Part shown: one piece after another, positions 39,701 to 49,089 of the stretch
Layout: the number at the start of each line of letters is the position of its first letter
Numbering within the stretch: the first letter of the stretch is position 1
Assembly: GCA_963575745.1 (NCBI GenBank)
Contig: CAUYUJ010000092.1
Span: 62,001-126,000, forward strand
Source of the DNA: Prorocentrum cordatum
Lineage: Eukaryota
Direction of reading: 5' to 3'
DNA: 64,000 bases
Notes under the pieces: model-generated
The model's input: only the letters and a program-made list of their open reading frames with translations
Database searches by the model: none
What the model was told of the DNA's origin: nothing
Made by a program: the position numbers and the translations under genes

Positions 39701-42015
39701 CAGTCGAAGGTGATGGGCTTACGAACTTTGCCCCAGACACGGCACAGCAGCGAAACGAGAGCGATCAGACGAGTCCCACCATCAGGTTTGGCAAGACGGC
39801 ACATCTCATTACAGACACGCTCTCTAGGCCAGGCTAAGTGCAGCTCGCACAGGTTAAAGAGTTCAGCAATCGCCGAAAAGGCCGGCCTAGGCAAATGGAT
39901 TAAAGCTCTCGGATGAATACCCATCATGCCTCCAGCAGTGCGAGTGGGGTAAGTGTGAACAGCATCCTCCACCTGAGCGGCCGTGATGGGCGGCAGCATG
40001 GGCCAGCTGGTGGACCCTCGGGGAGACTCAAGAGCGGAGCAGCCGTGGGTCAACCAAACCTCCTTCCAGGGTTCAAGTTCAGCATCGGCCTGCTGGTGGG
40101 GTGCCTCTCGCGCCTGGTTGCTTAAAACCTCTTGGATGGCCTTCACTTTTGAGAACCTGTGAGCCATCGAAGCACCAGCAGAAAAGGCGTCCCTAGCCCA
40201 TTGCCTCCAAGCCTGGGACGCCGCATTCTCCGCGCGAGTGACAGCTGCCTTCGCACGAGTGTAAATAGTAGTGAGCATGCTGGCCACATCAGGACGTGCG
40301 AGGACGGCGAAGCCGCCATTGAAGAAATCTCGCGCATCCGAGTCGAGGCAACCCGAGACTTTTTTGCAGCGGGCGATGTTGGCCATAAAACGATCGAACT
40401 CATCAAATGCAGTGAGAAGCTTGCGATATTGCAGGGGCGCATGCGAACACAGAGCATCGTTTTCTTGCATTAGCCTAATTTGCTCACTAAGATGTTCTCT
40501 GGCCTTGCCTAAGTGTTTGGCCCAACCAAGAGCGACAGCCCAGGCACGTGCCTGCGGATCCTTATAAGTCCTCCTTCTGGGGGGAGTCCAGACAAGCTTT
40601 TTGAAGTGGACCTCCAGAGGCCCGCTGCGGCCAACATAGGCCTCGGCGGCTAAGCCAACACGGTCCCACCTGGCAGCCAACTCTCTTTCCACCCCTTCGA
40701 GGACGAGGTCCCAAAAATCTGCGACCTTGGCTACAGAATCAACTTGCGGGGCGGCGGTCGACAAAACCGCGTGCCACGGGTAGATAGGAGGTCTAGCACA
40801 GCCTATGGGAGGGGTAGACGGGAACGCTTTCGGGACCTTGGCCACCCGAGCCCAAACCGGGGCCTCCCGAGCCCTCAAAGTAAGCTGGACGGGGAGGTGA
40901 GGGTAGGTGGTAGCAGCCTCCAACACACACGTGCGGGGGTTAAGCTTTGGCGCAAGCCAACTGCTACAAATAAAATAATCGATGTGCGTGCCAGGTGAAA
41001 CCTGCCTGCAGGTGGGCGCCTCAGAAACGAAAGCCAGTCCGCCAGCAGCCGCGATCCAGTCGGACTGGTCCAGGGCAGCGAGCGGCATGTTGAAATCGGC
41101 GCCGATGACCCACGGGATCTGCATGCCGTTGAGCACTGAGAGGTACTCGATAATCTCCCACACCAACTCGGCGTTGCACGGTCCATATCCTTCGCCGTCC
41201 TTGAGATAAGCCGACAGGAAGACGACACCGCCAGGCAGAAAAGACATGACGTGTGCAGCCACAAGCCTGCCAGGGACAAGGACGTGACTAGCGCAGCCAG
41301 GGGGCGCCTTGATAGGAATATGTGACCTGACCAAAACTGCAACGCCGCCTGTGGCGCCAGGCCCTCCATCCTGATTGGGCACGGCGGGGCCCCAGAGCCC
41401 TCTCCAGCCAGTATCTTCAACTTGCGACTGTCGCTCGCCAAGCTTGGTATCAGGAACATGGTGCTCTTGCGCAAGCACCACATGAGCAGTGCTGTCCACA
41501 AGGTAGTCGCACAGTGGACCCAGCGAGCTGGAGTTGAGCGTCGCGATATACGAGTCGCTTTTGCCCTTCGCCTGGCCAGCAACCTTGACATCAGGTCGAC
41601 GAACCCCTGGGCAGTCGGTACCCTCTGCCACGCGTTGCCCATCGGGCGAGCAGGGTGAGCAGTGCGTGCTGCCAGGGCCTAAAAGATTCATGCCATCGGA
41701 ACAACCAGCAGTAGAGCCAGCCACCCTCGTCGAGCAAGAGGCCGATATCGTCAAAGCAATAGGCGCACATGTGGCGCTCTCTGCCTGCCACCTGGTGACA
41801 GGTGAGTGTAGCGACCGAGACGATGACGTAGCACCCGCAGTCGCAGTGGCCGCCCTTGCAGAAGACGCAGAAGGGGCAACCTGGTCGCATGTGACTGGCA
41901 GATATGGCAGACTGTCAGATGCTTCATCAAATTCAAAAGGATCAACATCAGGATCGTCCATGAGAGAACGTCTGGGAGCTGAGGTCAGCTCATCTTGGGC
42001 AGTAGGCGTCGTCAT
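36745..42015 (-). CDS. LINE ORF2 polyprotein, ~1756 aa: APE endonuclease, reverse transcriptase, Cys/His knuckle, RNase H, two C-terminal Cys/His fingers
   Basis: APE: IATLN, LAQEH, GGVAVLV, SAY, IGADFN, PTC..IDYF, YPHLPV. RT: KPDGGTRLIAL, LLDMIKCFEMV, GILAG, LVDD. Knuckle: CLAC..GTHGHVWYAC. RNase H: FTDGS, RAE, IVSD, WVPAH, GNLWADFFAK. Fingers: H..YKCRSCG..C and GH..YCCKLCG..C. Start taken as the first ATG after the ORF1 stop (uncertain). Confidence 0.95.
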   Translation of the reverse strand: MTTPTAQDELTSAPRRSLMDDPDVDPFEFDEASDSLPYLPVTCDQVAPSASSARAATATAGATSSSRSLHSPVTRWQAESATCAPIALTISASCSTRVAGSTAGCSDGMNLLGPGSTHCSPCSPDGQRVAEGTDCPGVRRPDVKVAGQAKGKSDSYIATLNSSSLGPLCDYLVDSTAHVVLAQEHHVPDTKLGERQSQVEDTGWRGLWGPAVPNQDGGPGATGGVAVLVRSHIPIKAPPGCASHVLVPGRLVAAHVMSFLPGGVVFLSAYLKDGEGYGPCNAELVWEIIEYLSVLNGMQIPWVIGADFNMPLAALDQSDWIAAAGGLAFVSEAPTCRQVSPGTHIDYFICSSWLAPKLNPRTCVLEAATTYPHLPVQLTLRAREAPVWARVAKVPKAFPSTPPIGCARPPIYPWHAVLSTAAPQVDSVAKVADFWDLVLEGVERELAARWDRVGLAAEAYVGRSGPLEVHFKKLVWTPPRRRTYKDPQARAWAVALGWAKHLGKAREHLSEQIRLMQENDALCSHAPLQYRKLLTAFDEFDRFMANIARCKKVSGCLDSDARDFFNGGFAVLARPDVASMLTTIYTRAKAAVTRAENAASQAWRQWARDAFSAGASMAHRFSKVKAIQEVLSNQAREAPHQQADAELEPWKEVWLTHGCSALESPRGSTSWPMLPPITAAQVEDAVHTYPTRTAGGMMGIHPRALIHLPRPAFSAIAELFNLCELHLAWPRERVCNEMCRLAKPDGGTRLIALVSLLCRVWGKVRKPITFDWQERNDCYAVWGTRRGHSSSDSAFAHNIAAEMAALVGDISISVLLDMIKCFEMVHSEQLLKEAEALHFPMRLAWMLVDLYRQPRRLRAFGSLSLQFCSHQGILAGCNHATGMLFLLTLRAVRRLNDISPCITPRALVDDISIQLVTSDPRDVRFLERAVKVFTEDAKYSQVKKSGLIAGNKVARKVFSKMAIRLHLPVRKWMRNLGHELAAGRVVRTQEKKRLHALKRRRDKFIALKHATGKRATRLWRTGAFPAAGHGGSVSGISDTALKYLRQLAATIAGAKQHGGITSYLLTQADPLYDPIYDSTICVCVKFATFVWDGRVQISRLQRAWTCLRDIMSDNPTWQQARGPLSAVWLSLLRIGWTMVNAHTFRSDLGTDISLLVVCPSDVRIAIIEGVQRWQIRRLQQHLYNTDPPEGEPWFRALRHGIRAVKDPRALGALAAVWGNVVPLPAALSALQYDGLPECLACSAPQGTHGHVWYACSKFITDDGVDALGDEVPEALARHRRVLIQSRASITGEPDVHSNYLTYGIPPLPTNILAPLANPPVFEFGDVSGSWGPQSFTDGSCYHSGVPEVSRAGWSVVQLFDCLLPLRAVYGALPGERQTIGRAERWAVRQGLAFHPQHQSIVSDLQAVVREGNSWSQHLSQGMSKHASIWRSIFDLKSNHPQFSWVPAHLSFDDVLERGLCVKNWAGNLWADFFAKLGAGSHTLSEGFCAAVSGDLKYHKSTVRFIAWAAQRLLESGTWTQVDPDRSLRLLRAPAPPKVTVTSHVLFRCEATSTYKCRSCGRVARTSESLKSLLTSRDTRDCMPSPIQRHVCDQWFREFGAAFRPVQLEAVRVALAAADEVQRVCTDEVQGPPTPVAEPEPSDEFSAFRDLGHDVFRHLHVYCCKLCGAHGSLGSLRNLTQQCQGRSKVPSTAANQRMSIRRLERGCYPKTGVKIALDAAERDDDRAELRRVSISLRLLEAARGPEPAPDGASSGSD

Positions 42016-42070
42016 TGCACTAGGGCAATGGCATAGACAGAACAAAACCACAGCGAACCACCCAATCACT

Positions 42071-43216
42071 TTACGCAGCGGTCTTGCCACTGGTCTTGAA
42101 CTTCTTCGTAAGCGATTGAACTTGTGCCAAGTGACGCTTGAGCTTATCACGAAGCTCTCGCACCTTGGGCTCATCAAGCTCGTCGTCTTCACCGCCCACG
42201 TCGACATCAATGCCACATTCTTTGAGATGTTCACGGCATGTGCGACCACCCAGGCCATCAACGTGAGCATTAGCACGAGCCTGATCCTCAGCATCGTCGA
42301 CGTCCATGGGTGCTCGAGCCTCAGGAGGAGCGGTGTGAGCCTCAGGCTGTGGAGCAGACGGTTCGGGTGCAGCAGTGGCCTCTGGGGCTTCCTTGAGCTT
42401 CTGAACCAGCGCGCGCATGGCGATGAGGTCGGTGCTGAACCGCTCCGACCCGCCCAACGCACGGACAACGGCGTCGAACTGCTCGACCGTGGCCTCCATG
42501 CCTGGCAGGAAGGTGGACAGGGAAGGTGCCTTGTCATCAAACTGCACGGCAGGGACGACCACATGGCGCAACCGCTCCTCAAGTTCCACGATGTGCTTGT
42601 TAGCGTCCTGCTCGTCCTGCTCGACCTGCGCAAGGGCCTGCTTGGCCTTCTCCAGGGTAGAGCGAGCAGCCTCCTTTTTGACAGCCAGATTGGACAGCTT
42701 CGTGCGAGCAGTCTTGAGCTGGCTGGTGAGCCCCTGCAAGTTGGCCTCCAGCGGTTTGTCGGCCTGCAACTCAGCCTGCAGGCGCTGCTTCTCGGCCTCG
42801 AACACCGCACGCTGCTCGGCGTCCTCAGGCCCCGACAGGAGCTTGAGCAGACTTCCAAGCTTGGTGAGGCGCTCACGTTTGACAGCAGCGTCAGTGCCTT
42901 TAGCCCAGGGAGGGATCGCAGGCTCCTTGGGCTCCACAACCGTACCATTTTGACTGACAACCATCTTCTGCATGCGCTGCTGCAATTCTTCCAACTGCTT
43001 CGTGAGAAGCTTTTCACGCTTCGTGGCCATGTCGTGAGACCGCTGGACGGGGACCTTGGGCGGAGGGACACCTTGGAAAGCTGAGCCTTTCGGGATGCCA
43101 CACTTGCCACACCACTTCTGATCGCCACGATTGATCCAGCTCGTGCCAGTGGGCTCATGCTTGCACCATTTACAATACCATGGGCCTGCCTCCGCACTGC
43201 GCGACCTGGGAGCCAT
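42071..43216 (-). CDS. LINE ORF1, 381 aa: N-terminal RanBP2-like C4 zinc finger plus long coiled coil
   Basis: MAPRS..WYCKWC-x10-N-x6-CGKCG and an E/K/Q/L/A heptad-rich middle region. The same finger pattern occurs in the decayed copy at ~14720. Confidence 0.9.
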   Translation of the reverse strand: MAPRSRSAEAGPWYCKWCKHEPTGTSWINRGDQKWCGKCGIPKGSAFQGVPPPKVPVQRSHDMATKREKLLTKQLEELQQRMQKMVVSQNGTVVEPKEPAIPPWAKGTDAAVKRERLTKLGSLLKLLSGPEDAEQRAVFEAEKQRLQAELQADKPLEANLQGLTSQLKTARTKLSNLAVKKEAARSTLEKAKQALAQVEQDEQDANKHIVELEERLRHVVVPAVQFDDKAPSLSTFLPGMEATVEQFDAVVRALGGSERFSTDLIAMRALVQKLKEAPEATAAPEPSAPQPEAHTAPPEARAPMDVDDAEDQARANAHVDGLGGRTCREHLKECGIDVDVGGEDDELDEPKVRELRDKLKRHLAQVQSLTKKFKTSGKTAA

Positions 43217-43418
43217 GCCGACGGGCGGATGAGCAGACCGAGCGCGCACACGAGACACCACGCGAGGCCTGACAGGCGGGCCGTGGCGGGGCTGGGCCGT
43301 GCGGGGCGGACCGCACAGCGCTCTGCCTGGGGCGAACCAGGCGAAAACGTTGAAGACTGCCGCGGTAACAGCGGTATCCAGTTTGGCACAAGGGCGCGGA
43401 GCCCTTCAGTGCAGAAGT

Positions 43419-43470
43419 CTTGAGCCAAAATGGCTTGAGCCAAAATGGCTTGAGCCAAAATGGCTACGGA
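43419..43470 (-). other. Dinoflagellate spliced leader (22 nt, 43470-43449) followed by two perfect 15-nt relic SLs
   Basis: Minus strand reads TCCGTAGCCATTTTGGCTCAAG CCATTTTGGCTCAAG CCATTTTGGCTCAAG, an exact match to DCCGTAGCCATTTTGGCTCAAG. Confidence 0.98.
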
Positions 43471-43800
43471 GAGGGGGAGGAGGAGGAGGAGGAGGAGGAA
43501 GAGGAGAGGAGGAGGAGGAGGGGGAGGAGGAGGGGGAGGAGGAGGAGGAGTTAAAGAAGAAGAGAAGAAGATGAAGAGGAGGAGGAGGAGGAGGAGGACG
43601 AGGTGGACGAGGAGGAGGAGGAGGAGGAGGAGGAGAGAAGAGGAAGAGGAGGAGGAGGTGGTGGAGGAGGAGGAGGACGGGGAGGAGGAGGAGGAGAAGG
43701 AGGAGGAGAAGGAGAAGGAGAGGAAGAGGAAGAGGAGGAGGAGGGGGAGGAGGAGGAGGAGGAGGAGGAGGAGGAGGAGGAGGAGGAGGAGGGGGAGGGA
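43471..43800 (+). repeat. (GGA)n-rich tract = ~330-nt polypyrimidine (TCC)n immediately upstream of the SL on the minus strand
   Basis: Seen directly. Confidence 0.95.
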
Positions 43801-43949
43801 AGGAAGGGTGACGGACTGCAAGGGCGCAAGAGGAGAGGGAACGGAGTGTCGGCGCTTCACAGCACGCCAGCCTCCATAGGAGCGGCCGGGGAGCCGCCCC
43901 TCCTCCGTACGAGCTCGGCTACCCCTCATCACTAGCAGGGGAGGGCGTA

Positions 43950-44125
43950 CAGTGGGGACCCATGTTAAGAAACACCCTGCTTGCCTCCAGGGTGCCCTGG
44001 GTTTCTTGGGTTTCGGCGGTTTTGCCGTGGAAAGGGTGATGCCCCCACGCCAAAGATCAAGGGACGTCCTGGGGTCTCAGGATTGGGTTTCTTGTGGAAG
44101 GTTTCTCGTGGTCGGGCCCCTACTG
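43950..44125. mobile_element. 176-bp Tc1/mariner-like MITE, copy 2 (inverted relative to 163-338)
   Basis: TA|CAGTGGGG...CCCTACTG|TA. Internal AAACACCCTGCTTGCCTCCA matches the reverse complement of copy 1. Confidence 0.8.
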
Positions 44126-45999
44126 TATCCCCACCTTGCGCCATTGTGGGGTTCCCTCTAGTGCAGAGGAGTCCGGGGACCTTCTGTGAGCCCCTCCAGG
44201 GACCTCCATCGGGTCTCGAGAGTCCTCGTCCGCAGAAGCTTCGGGAGACTCCGGAACCCTGGGTGGAAATGGTTGTGACTATTCCTGCCTGCTGGGCGGA
44301 AATGGCTTTGGCTTGGCTCGTTGGGCCACCCAGCCAGCAGCAGCCGACTGACTCAAATGGCTGCGGCATTTGCCAGGGGGACAACGCCCCTGGTGCAGAG
44401 AAGCCTCGGCGGCGCCAGGAGCCATTGTAAGCCCTCGTACGGGGCGGTGAGCCCCTTACGGGGGGTCTCGTCGGGCCAAGGGGAACAGCTCGAAAGACCC
44501 CTTGGCAAAACAAGCAACAAGCTGAGTACCAGACAATCAGCGTACCCCCGAGTGAGCCATCAGACTGGGGCCACAGGCTGGTGTCGACCTTCCTCGGGAA
44601 GGCCATGCCTGGCCTGTGCGTAAGGGTTCTTCAGGGTACTGGGCAAGTCGACTCGAGGTGGGCCTCGTCTGTCGAAGGAACGTGGGGGAAGTTGGGGAGG
44701 GGGTTGGAGTGAAACAGAGCAAGGTTGGAGCCGCCTTCAGGAGGGAGGAAAAGGAATGAGCCGGGCAGAGTGCGCCGAGGGCAAAGGGGAAGGAGATGGT
44801 CCCATCGGGGAGCGAAGACCGCCGCTCTCCAAAGTGTCGCCATTGAGACGCAGTGGCGGTGCAGTGCAGCTTGGCGTGCTAGCCAGAGCTAGCTGGGCCC
44901 AGCGAGGAGAGCGGAGTGTCTCGGATGGGACGCGGTGGTGGTGCAGGGTACCGAGCCGGACAGATATCACTGCGCACCAACGTGTCCCCGCTGACGTCTT
45001 GGCGGCGCAGTGAGTGGTGTGCTAGTCCAAACCACATGAGTACGGGCTACCTGCGTATCCTTGTGTGCGCCCCCTCTCAGACTGTGGCCGCAGGCTGGTT
45101 TCAGCCTCCCTCGGGGGGCAGTGCCTGACGTGTTTGTGAAGTCGAGAGAGGCGCTGCGCCTCGCTGCGAAACGACTGCCCGCCTGCCGTCGGAGGTTGGC
45201 GGGTCGCAACTTCGTGCGGGAAGCTTGTGCTGGTGTCGCCTCGGCACCCTGGCCTGCGGGGTGTTTGCGAGAGTGCTCATCGAGAGCGCGACTCTCGAGC
45301 AGGAGGAGGGGAAGGATGAGGATCTGGGGGAGGCAGTGGGGGAGGGGGGGGCCGAGGGTATGGAGAAGGAGGAGGAGAAGGAGCGGCAGGAGGATGACGA
45401 CGAGTAGGCGGAGAAGTAGGAGGGGGAGGGGCCAATGGAAATTGGAAGGTGGATGGCGGCCTCCTGAGAGGCAGGTCCTCGAAGAAAGAGGTGGGATGCA
45501 GAGGGCGAGGGTGCACCTGTGGGGAGCTCACGGAGGCAGCGGCTGCCGCGGTGGACAGGACGCAGAAAAACCAGGCAAGAGGTGGGATCCCAAATTTGAT
45601 ACGTGTCTAGCCCCACCGGCCCCCCAATCGCAGAGGACCAGATAGCGAGGGAGAGGCAGAGGGGGAGGAGCGGATCAAAAGGGGCTCAGGACGTGGTAGA
45701 GCAGGAGGGCCTCAACCGTCTCTTGCACGAATTTCAGAATTCTGTATATTAGTCCTCCTGTTCCTGGTGTCATCCTCCTTGACCTGATGCTTTTCTTCCT
45801 TCTACTGGACATCTTCTCCTCCCTCTCCACGCACCACATCCGAGTACGGTGTGATAATTGGAGCGTGGCTCCCCCCAGCTCGGCATCTCAGGTACTCGAC
45901 GGGACAGGTAGATACGAGTTGACGAACACAGTGCGGAACTGCATGGGATGATGCGCCGAGAACGACGAGGAGGATAAGCCAAGAACAGACGGTGAGGAT

Positions 46000-46604
46000 A
46001 ATTGTAATAATGGTGTTGGTAACATTGGTGTTGATAATGGTGATGGTGCTGATAATGATGATGCTCACGATGCGGCTAATAATTACCAAGTAAGAATGAA
46101 CTAATGATCATGATTAGTCGTATGCTGCTGCTGCTGATGATGATTATGTTGATTGTGGTGATGATGATGCTGATGGCTATGATGGTGATGGCTATGCTAA
46201 TGATGGCCAAAATGATGAAGACGATGACGAAGGAAATGATGTCGATGCTGGTGGTGGTGGTGGTGACGGTGGTGATGTTGATGGTGGTGGTGATGGTGAT
46301 GATTATGATGATCCTGATGGTGTTGGTGGTGGTGGTGACGTCGATGATGCTGATGATGATGATGATGTTGATGATGATGGTGGTGATGATGGTGGTGATG
46401 CTGCGCCTGATGATGATGCTGATGATGAATCTGGTGATGATGAGGATGATGATGTTGATGATGATGAGGATACTATTGCTGATGATGCTGATGATGATGC
46501 TGATGCTGATGTTGGTGGTGCTGATGATGTTGGTGGTGATGATGGTGGTGATGATGATGCTGCTTACGCTGATGATGATGCTGATGCTGTTGCTGATGAT
46601 GCTG

Positions 46605-46668
<64 letters not shown>

Positions 46669-46700
46669 GCAGCATCATCATGGTTATGCTGGATATTGTG
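46000..46700 (+). repeat. Degenerate (ATG/GTG/CTG)n microsatellite flipping to (CAT)n(CAG)n
   Basis: Seen directly. Confidence 0.92.
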
Positions 46701-48334
46701 GTGGTTGGTGCTGAGGAAAGCTGCAGATGGTAATGGTGGTGATGATGGGAGTGGAAGAGGAAAAAGAGCCAGAGGTAGATGGGGAGGAAGACGGATGCAG
46801 ACGGGGAGTAATAATGATCTGATTCACAGCCACAGCGACGGTCTCTAGGATGAGATTTTGAATGGTGTTCAGCAGCAGCAGCTGTGAAGCATCGGGAACG
46901 TAACTTCCGAAGCGATTAATCACAATCGGGAAGCGTCGAGCAGCGCAAACAAACAACTCATTACCCACCGTTCCGCAGCATGATGGCTCAACGATTTAAC
47001 CAACAACGCACAACATGAATTTAGCCCGGACGCAGACGAAGTGTTTCGCCTCGGAAAACCACACACAGACATACATGCGAAACCATCCTCCGACCCCTCC
47101 TCATCCTCCTGCCCCTCATCCTCCTGCTGAGGCCCTGCCGGTCAGCTCGAAGCCCTCGCCAGGGTCCGCAGGCGCTTCGGTTCGGGAACAGGCCAGAGGG
47201 CCCTCCCATCTCCTCGATCCTCGTCCTGCCTTTCGCCCTCCCCCCCCTTCTCTCTTTCTCTTCCTTCTGCCCCTTCCAACCTTCCAATCCCTTCCGTCCC
47301 TCCCCCTCCTTCCCCCCCCCCGTCTTTCCCTCCCCACCCGCTTGTGTGTGTGTGTGTGGGGGGGGGGCGCACGGTGACGAGGAGGAGGAGGAGGAGGACG
47401 AGGAGGAGGAGGACGACGACGACGAAGGGGGGAGGGACAGGAATGGGAAGGGGGAAGAGGGACGAGGAGGAGGAGGAGGAGGAGGAGGAGGAGATAAAGA
47501 AGTGCGAGGACGGAGAGAAGGATGAGGAGCAGCCTTGAGGAAGCGGAGGAGGAGCAGCAGCAGCAGGAGAAGGAGTGAGGAGAAGAACATGTCCAGAGCT
47601 TTGAGGGCGGAGCGAGGAGGAGGAGCAGGAGGAGGCAAAAGAGGAGGAGGAGGAGGAGGAGGAGGACGGAGGACGGAGGAAGGAGGAGGAAGGAGGAGGA
47701 GGGGGACAGAGGAGGACCTTCCCCCCCCTCCCCTTCCCCCCTCGAGCCGCGAGCCCCATGCCGCCCCGCGCGCCCCCGGCGGCCTGCGCGTCCTGCTGGG
47801 GCGCCGCCGCGGAGCTCCTGGCGGCGCGGCCCGCCGCCGCCAGGGCGGAGGCGTTGCGGAGGAGCGCGAGGCGGGCGCTCGCCGAGGCCCGGAGGGGCGC
47901 AAAGGCGGGTCTAGGATTGGCAGGGGGGAGGGGAAGGGGGAGAAGGAGGAGGAAGAAGACGTGGTGGTGGAGGAGGAGTAGGAGGGGGAGAGGACGTGGA
48001 GGAGGAGGAGGAGGAGGAGGAGGAGGAGGAGGAGGAGGAGGAGAAGGAGGAGAGGAGGAGGAGGAGGAGGAGGAGGAGGAGGAGGAGGACGTGGAGGAGG
48101 AGGAGGAGGAGGAGGAGGAGGACTGTGTGTACGTGTAGGAGGAGAAGGAGGGCGAGGAGGAGGAGGAGGAGAAGGAGGAGGAGGAGGAGGAGGAGGACGA
48201 GGAGGAGACGGAGGGAGGAGGAGTGAGGAGTAGGAGGGAGGGAGGGAGGGAGGGAGGAAGGGGGAGGAGGAGGAGGAGAAGGAGGGAGGAGGAGGGAGAA
48301 GGAGGGAGAAGGAGGGAGAAGGAGGAGGAAAACT

Positions 48335-48990
48335 GCCCGCTATGGGTCGACCTCTCGCAGTTTAAGGAGGCGGAGGATGACGTCCTGGCCTTCTCCATCT
48401 GCCAGGCCCTTTTCCAGGTGCCCAGCGAAGCGTTGAGAGAGCTGCGTTGCCTGCGTGCAGAGCATGATGCAGCGGCTTCTCCCCCTGTTAAGCCAGGCCT
48501 CGTGCGTTCCGCAAGGCCGCCTCCCTCGTCTTCGGCAGGTGAGCCCGCTCTGGCGCCCACCTCCAAAGCCCCAGGGAGAGTCTCCATTCCCAGAGTGGCG
48601 GGACCTCCTATTCCTTTTCCTCCCTCGCCCCCCCGCAGAGCAGGAGGCGTGAAACACGGCTATAAAAAGGGAAAGCCCAGGGCCAAGGCGCTTGTCCAGG
48701 GAGGCCACGAGGCACCTGTCCAGGGAGGGCCCGGCGGCAGCCCGCACCCTGAGGCCCCGCGAGAAGCACTTCGGAGAGCGGGCGGCCTTCGCCTGGAGGG
48801 AGGCGCGCTGGGTCCACGGCCATGTGCAGGGGCGGAAGGAGAGGCGTGCCAAGGGGCAGCGCTCTTCGACCGACTCAGATCTGGACTGAACAGCTGCTGG
48901 GGGGGTGGGGTGGTTCTGCGTGCTGGGAGATCCTTACGCGTGGATGCGCAGCAGCAGCTACCTCCGCCACCTCTGGCGAGAGCACAGGGC
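48335..48990 (+). CDS. Candidate short exons of an unidentified host gene
   Basis: GC3-rich, protein-like segments WVDLSQFKEAEDDVLAFSICQ (ending CAG|GC), RLSREATR/PREKHFGERAAFAWREARWVHGHVQ and DPYAWMRSSSYLRHLW. No family recognised and splicing unresolved. Confidence 0.3.
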
Positions 48991-49089
48991 CTCATGCGTG
49001 CGGCGGGGAAAATTATCCTGGCGAAGGACCCAACCATATGCAATTGTGAGTACCGCAATTGTGAATATCTTCTTCGGTGGCGCTCCCTA

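Larger units (their letters stand above)
36504..43470 (-). mobile_element. Apparently intact SL-capped non-LTR retrotransposon (LINE-like; APE+RT+RNase H)
   Basis: SL array, ~200-nt 5' UTR, ORF1, uninterrupted ORF2 and ~240-nt 3' UTR ending in (CCT)n. It is ~7 kb of unique sequence sharply bounded by microsatellite on both sides. Confidence 0.96.

Noticed and set aside
41534..43084. 516-aa antisense ORF over ORF1
   Set aside because: Typical shadow ORF of a GC3-biased coiled-coil gene, with no recognisable motifs.
43419..43470. SL RNA gene
   Set aside because: An SL RNA gene has a GT donor and short intron after the 22-nt exon. Here the leader is followed by relics and then ACTTC, the signature of processed mRNA.
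36400..43500. Defined target-site duplication for the intact LINE
   Set aside because: GAGGGGGAGGAGGAGG occurs on both sides, but within low-complexity GGA sequence, so it cannot be distinguished from chance.
36745..43932. 2395-aa ORF as one real protein
   Set aside because: Its N-terminal ~640 codons run through the TCC microsatellite, the SL array (AILAQ x3) and an alternative frame of ORF1. Recognisable domains start only after ~42015.
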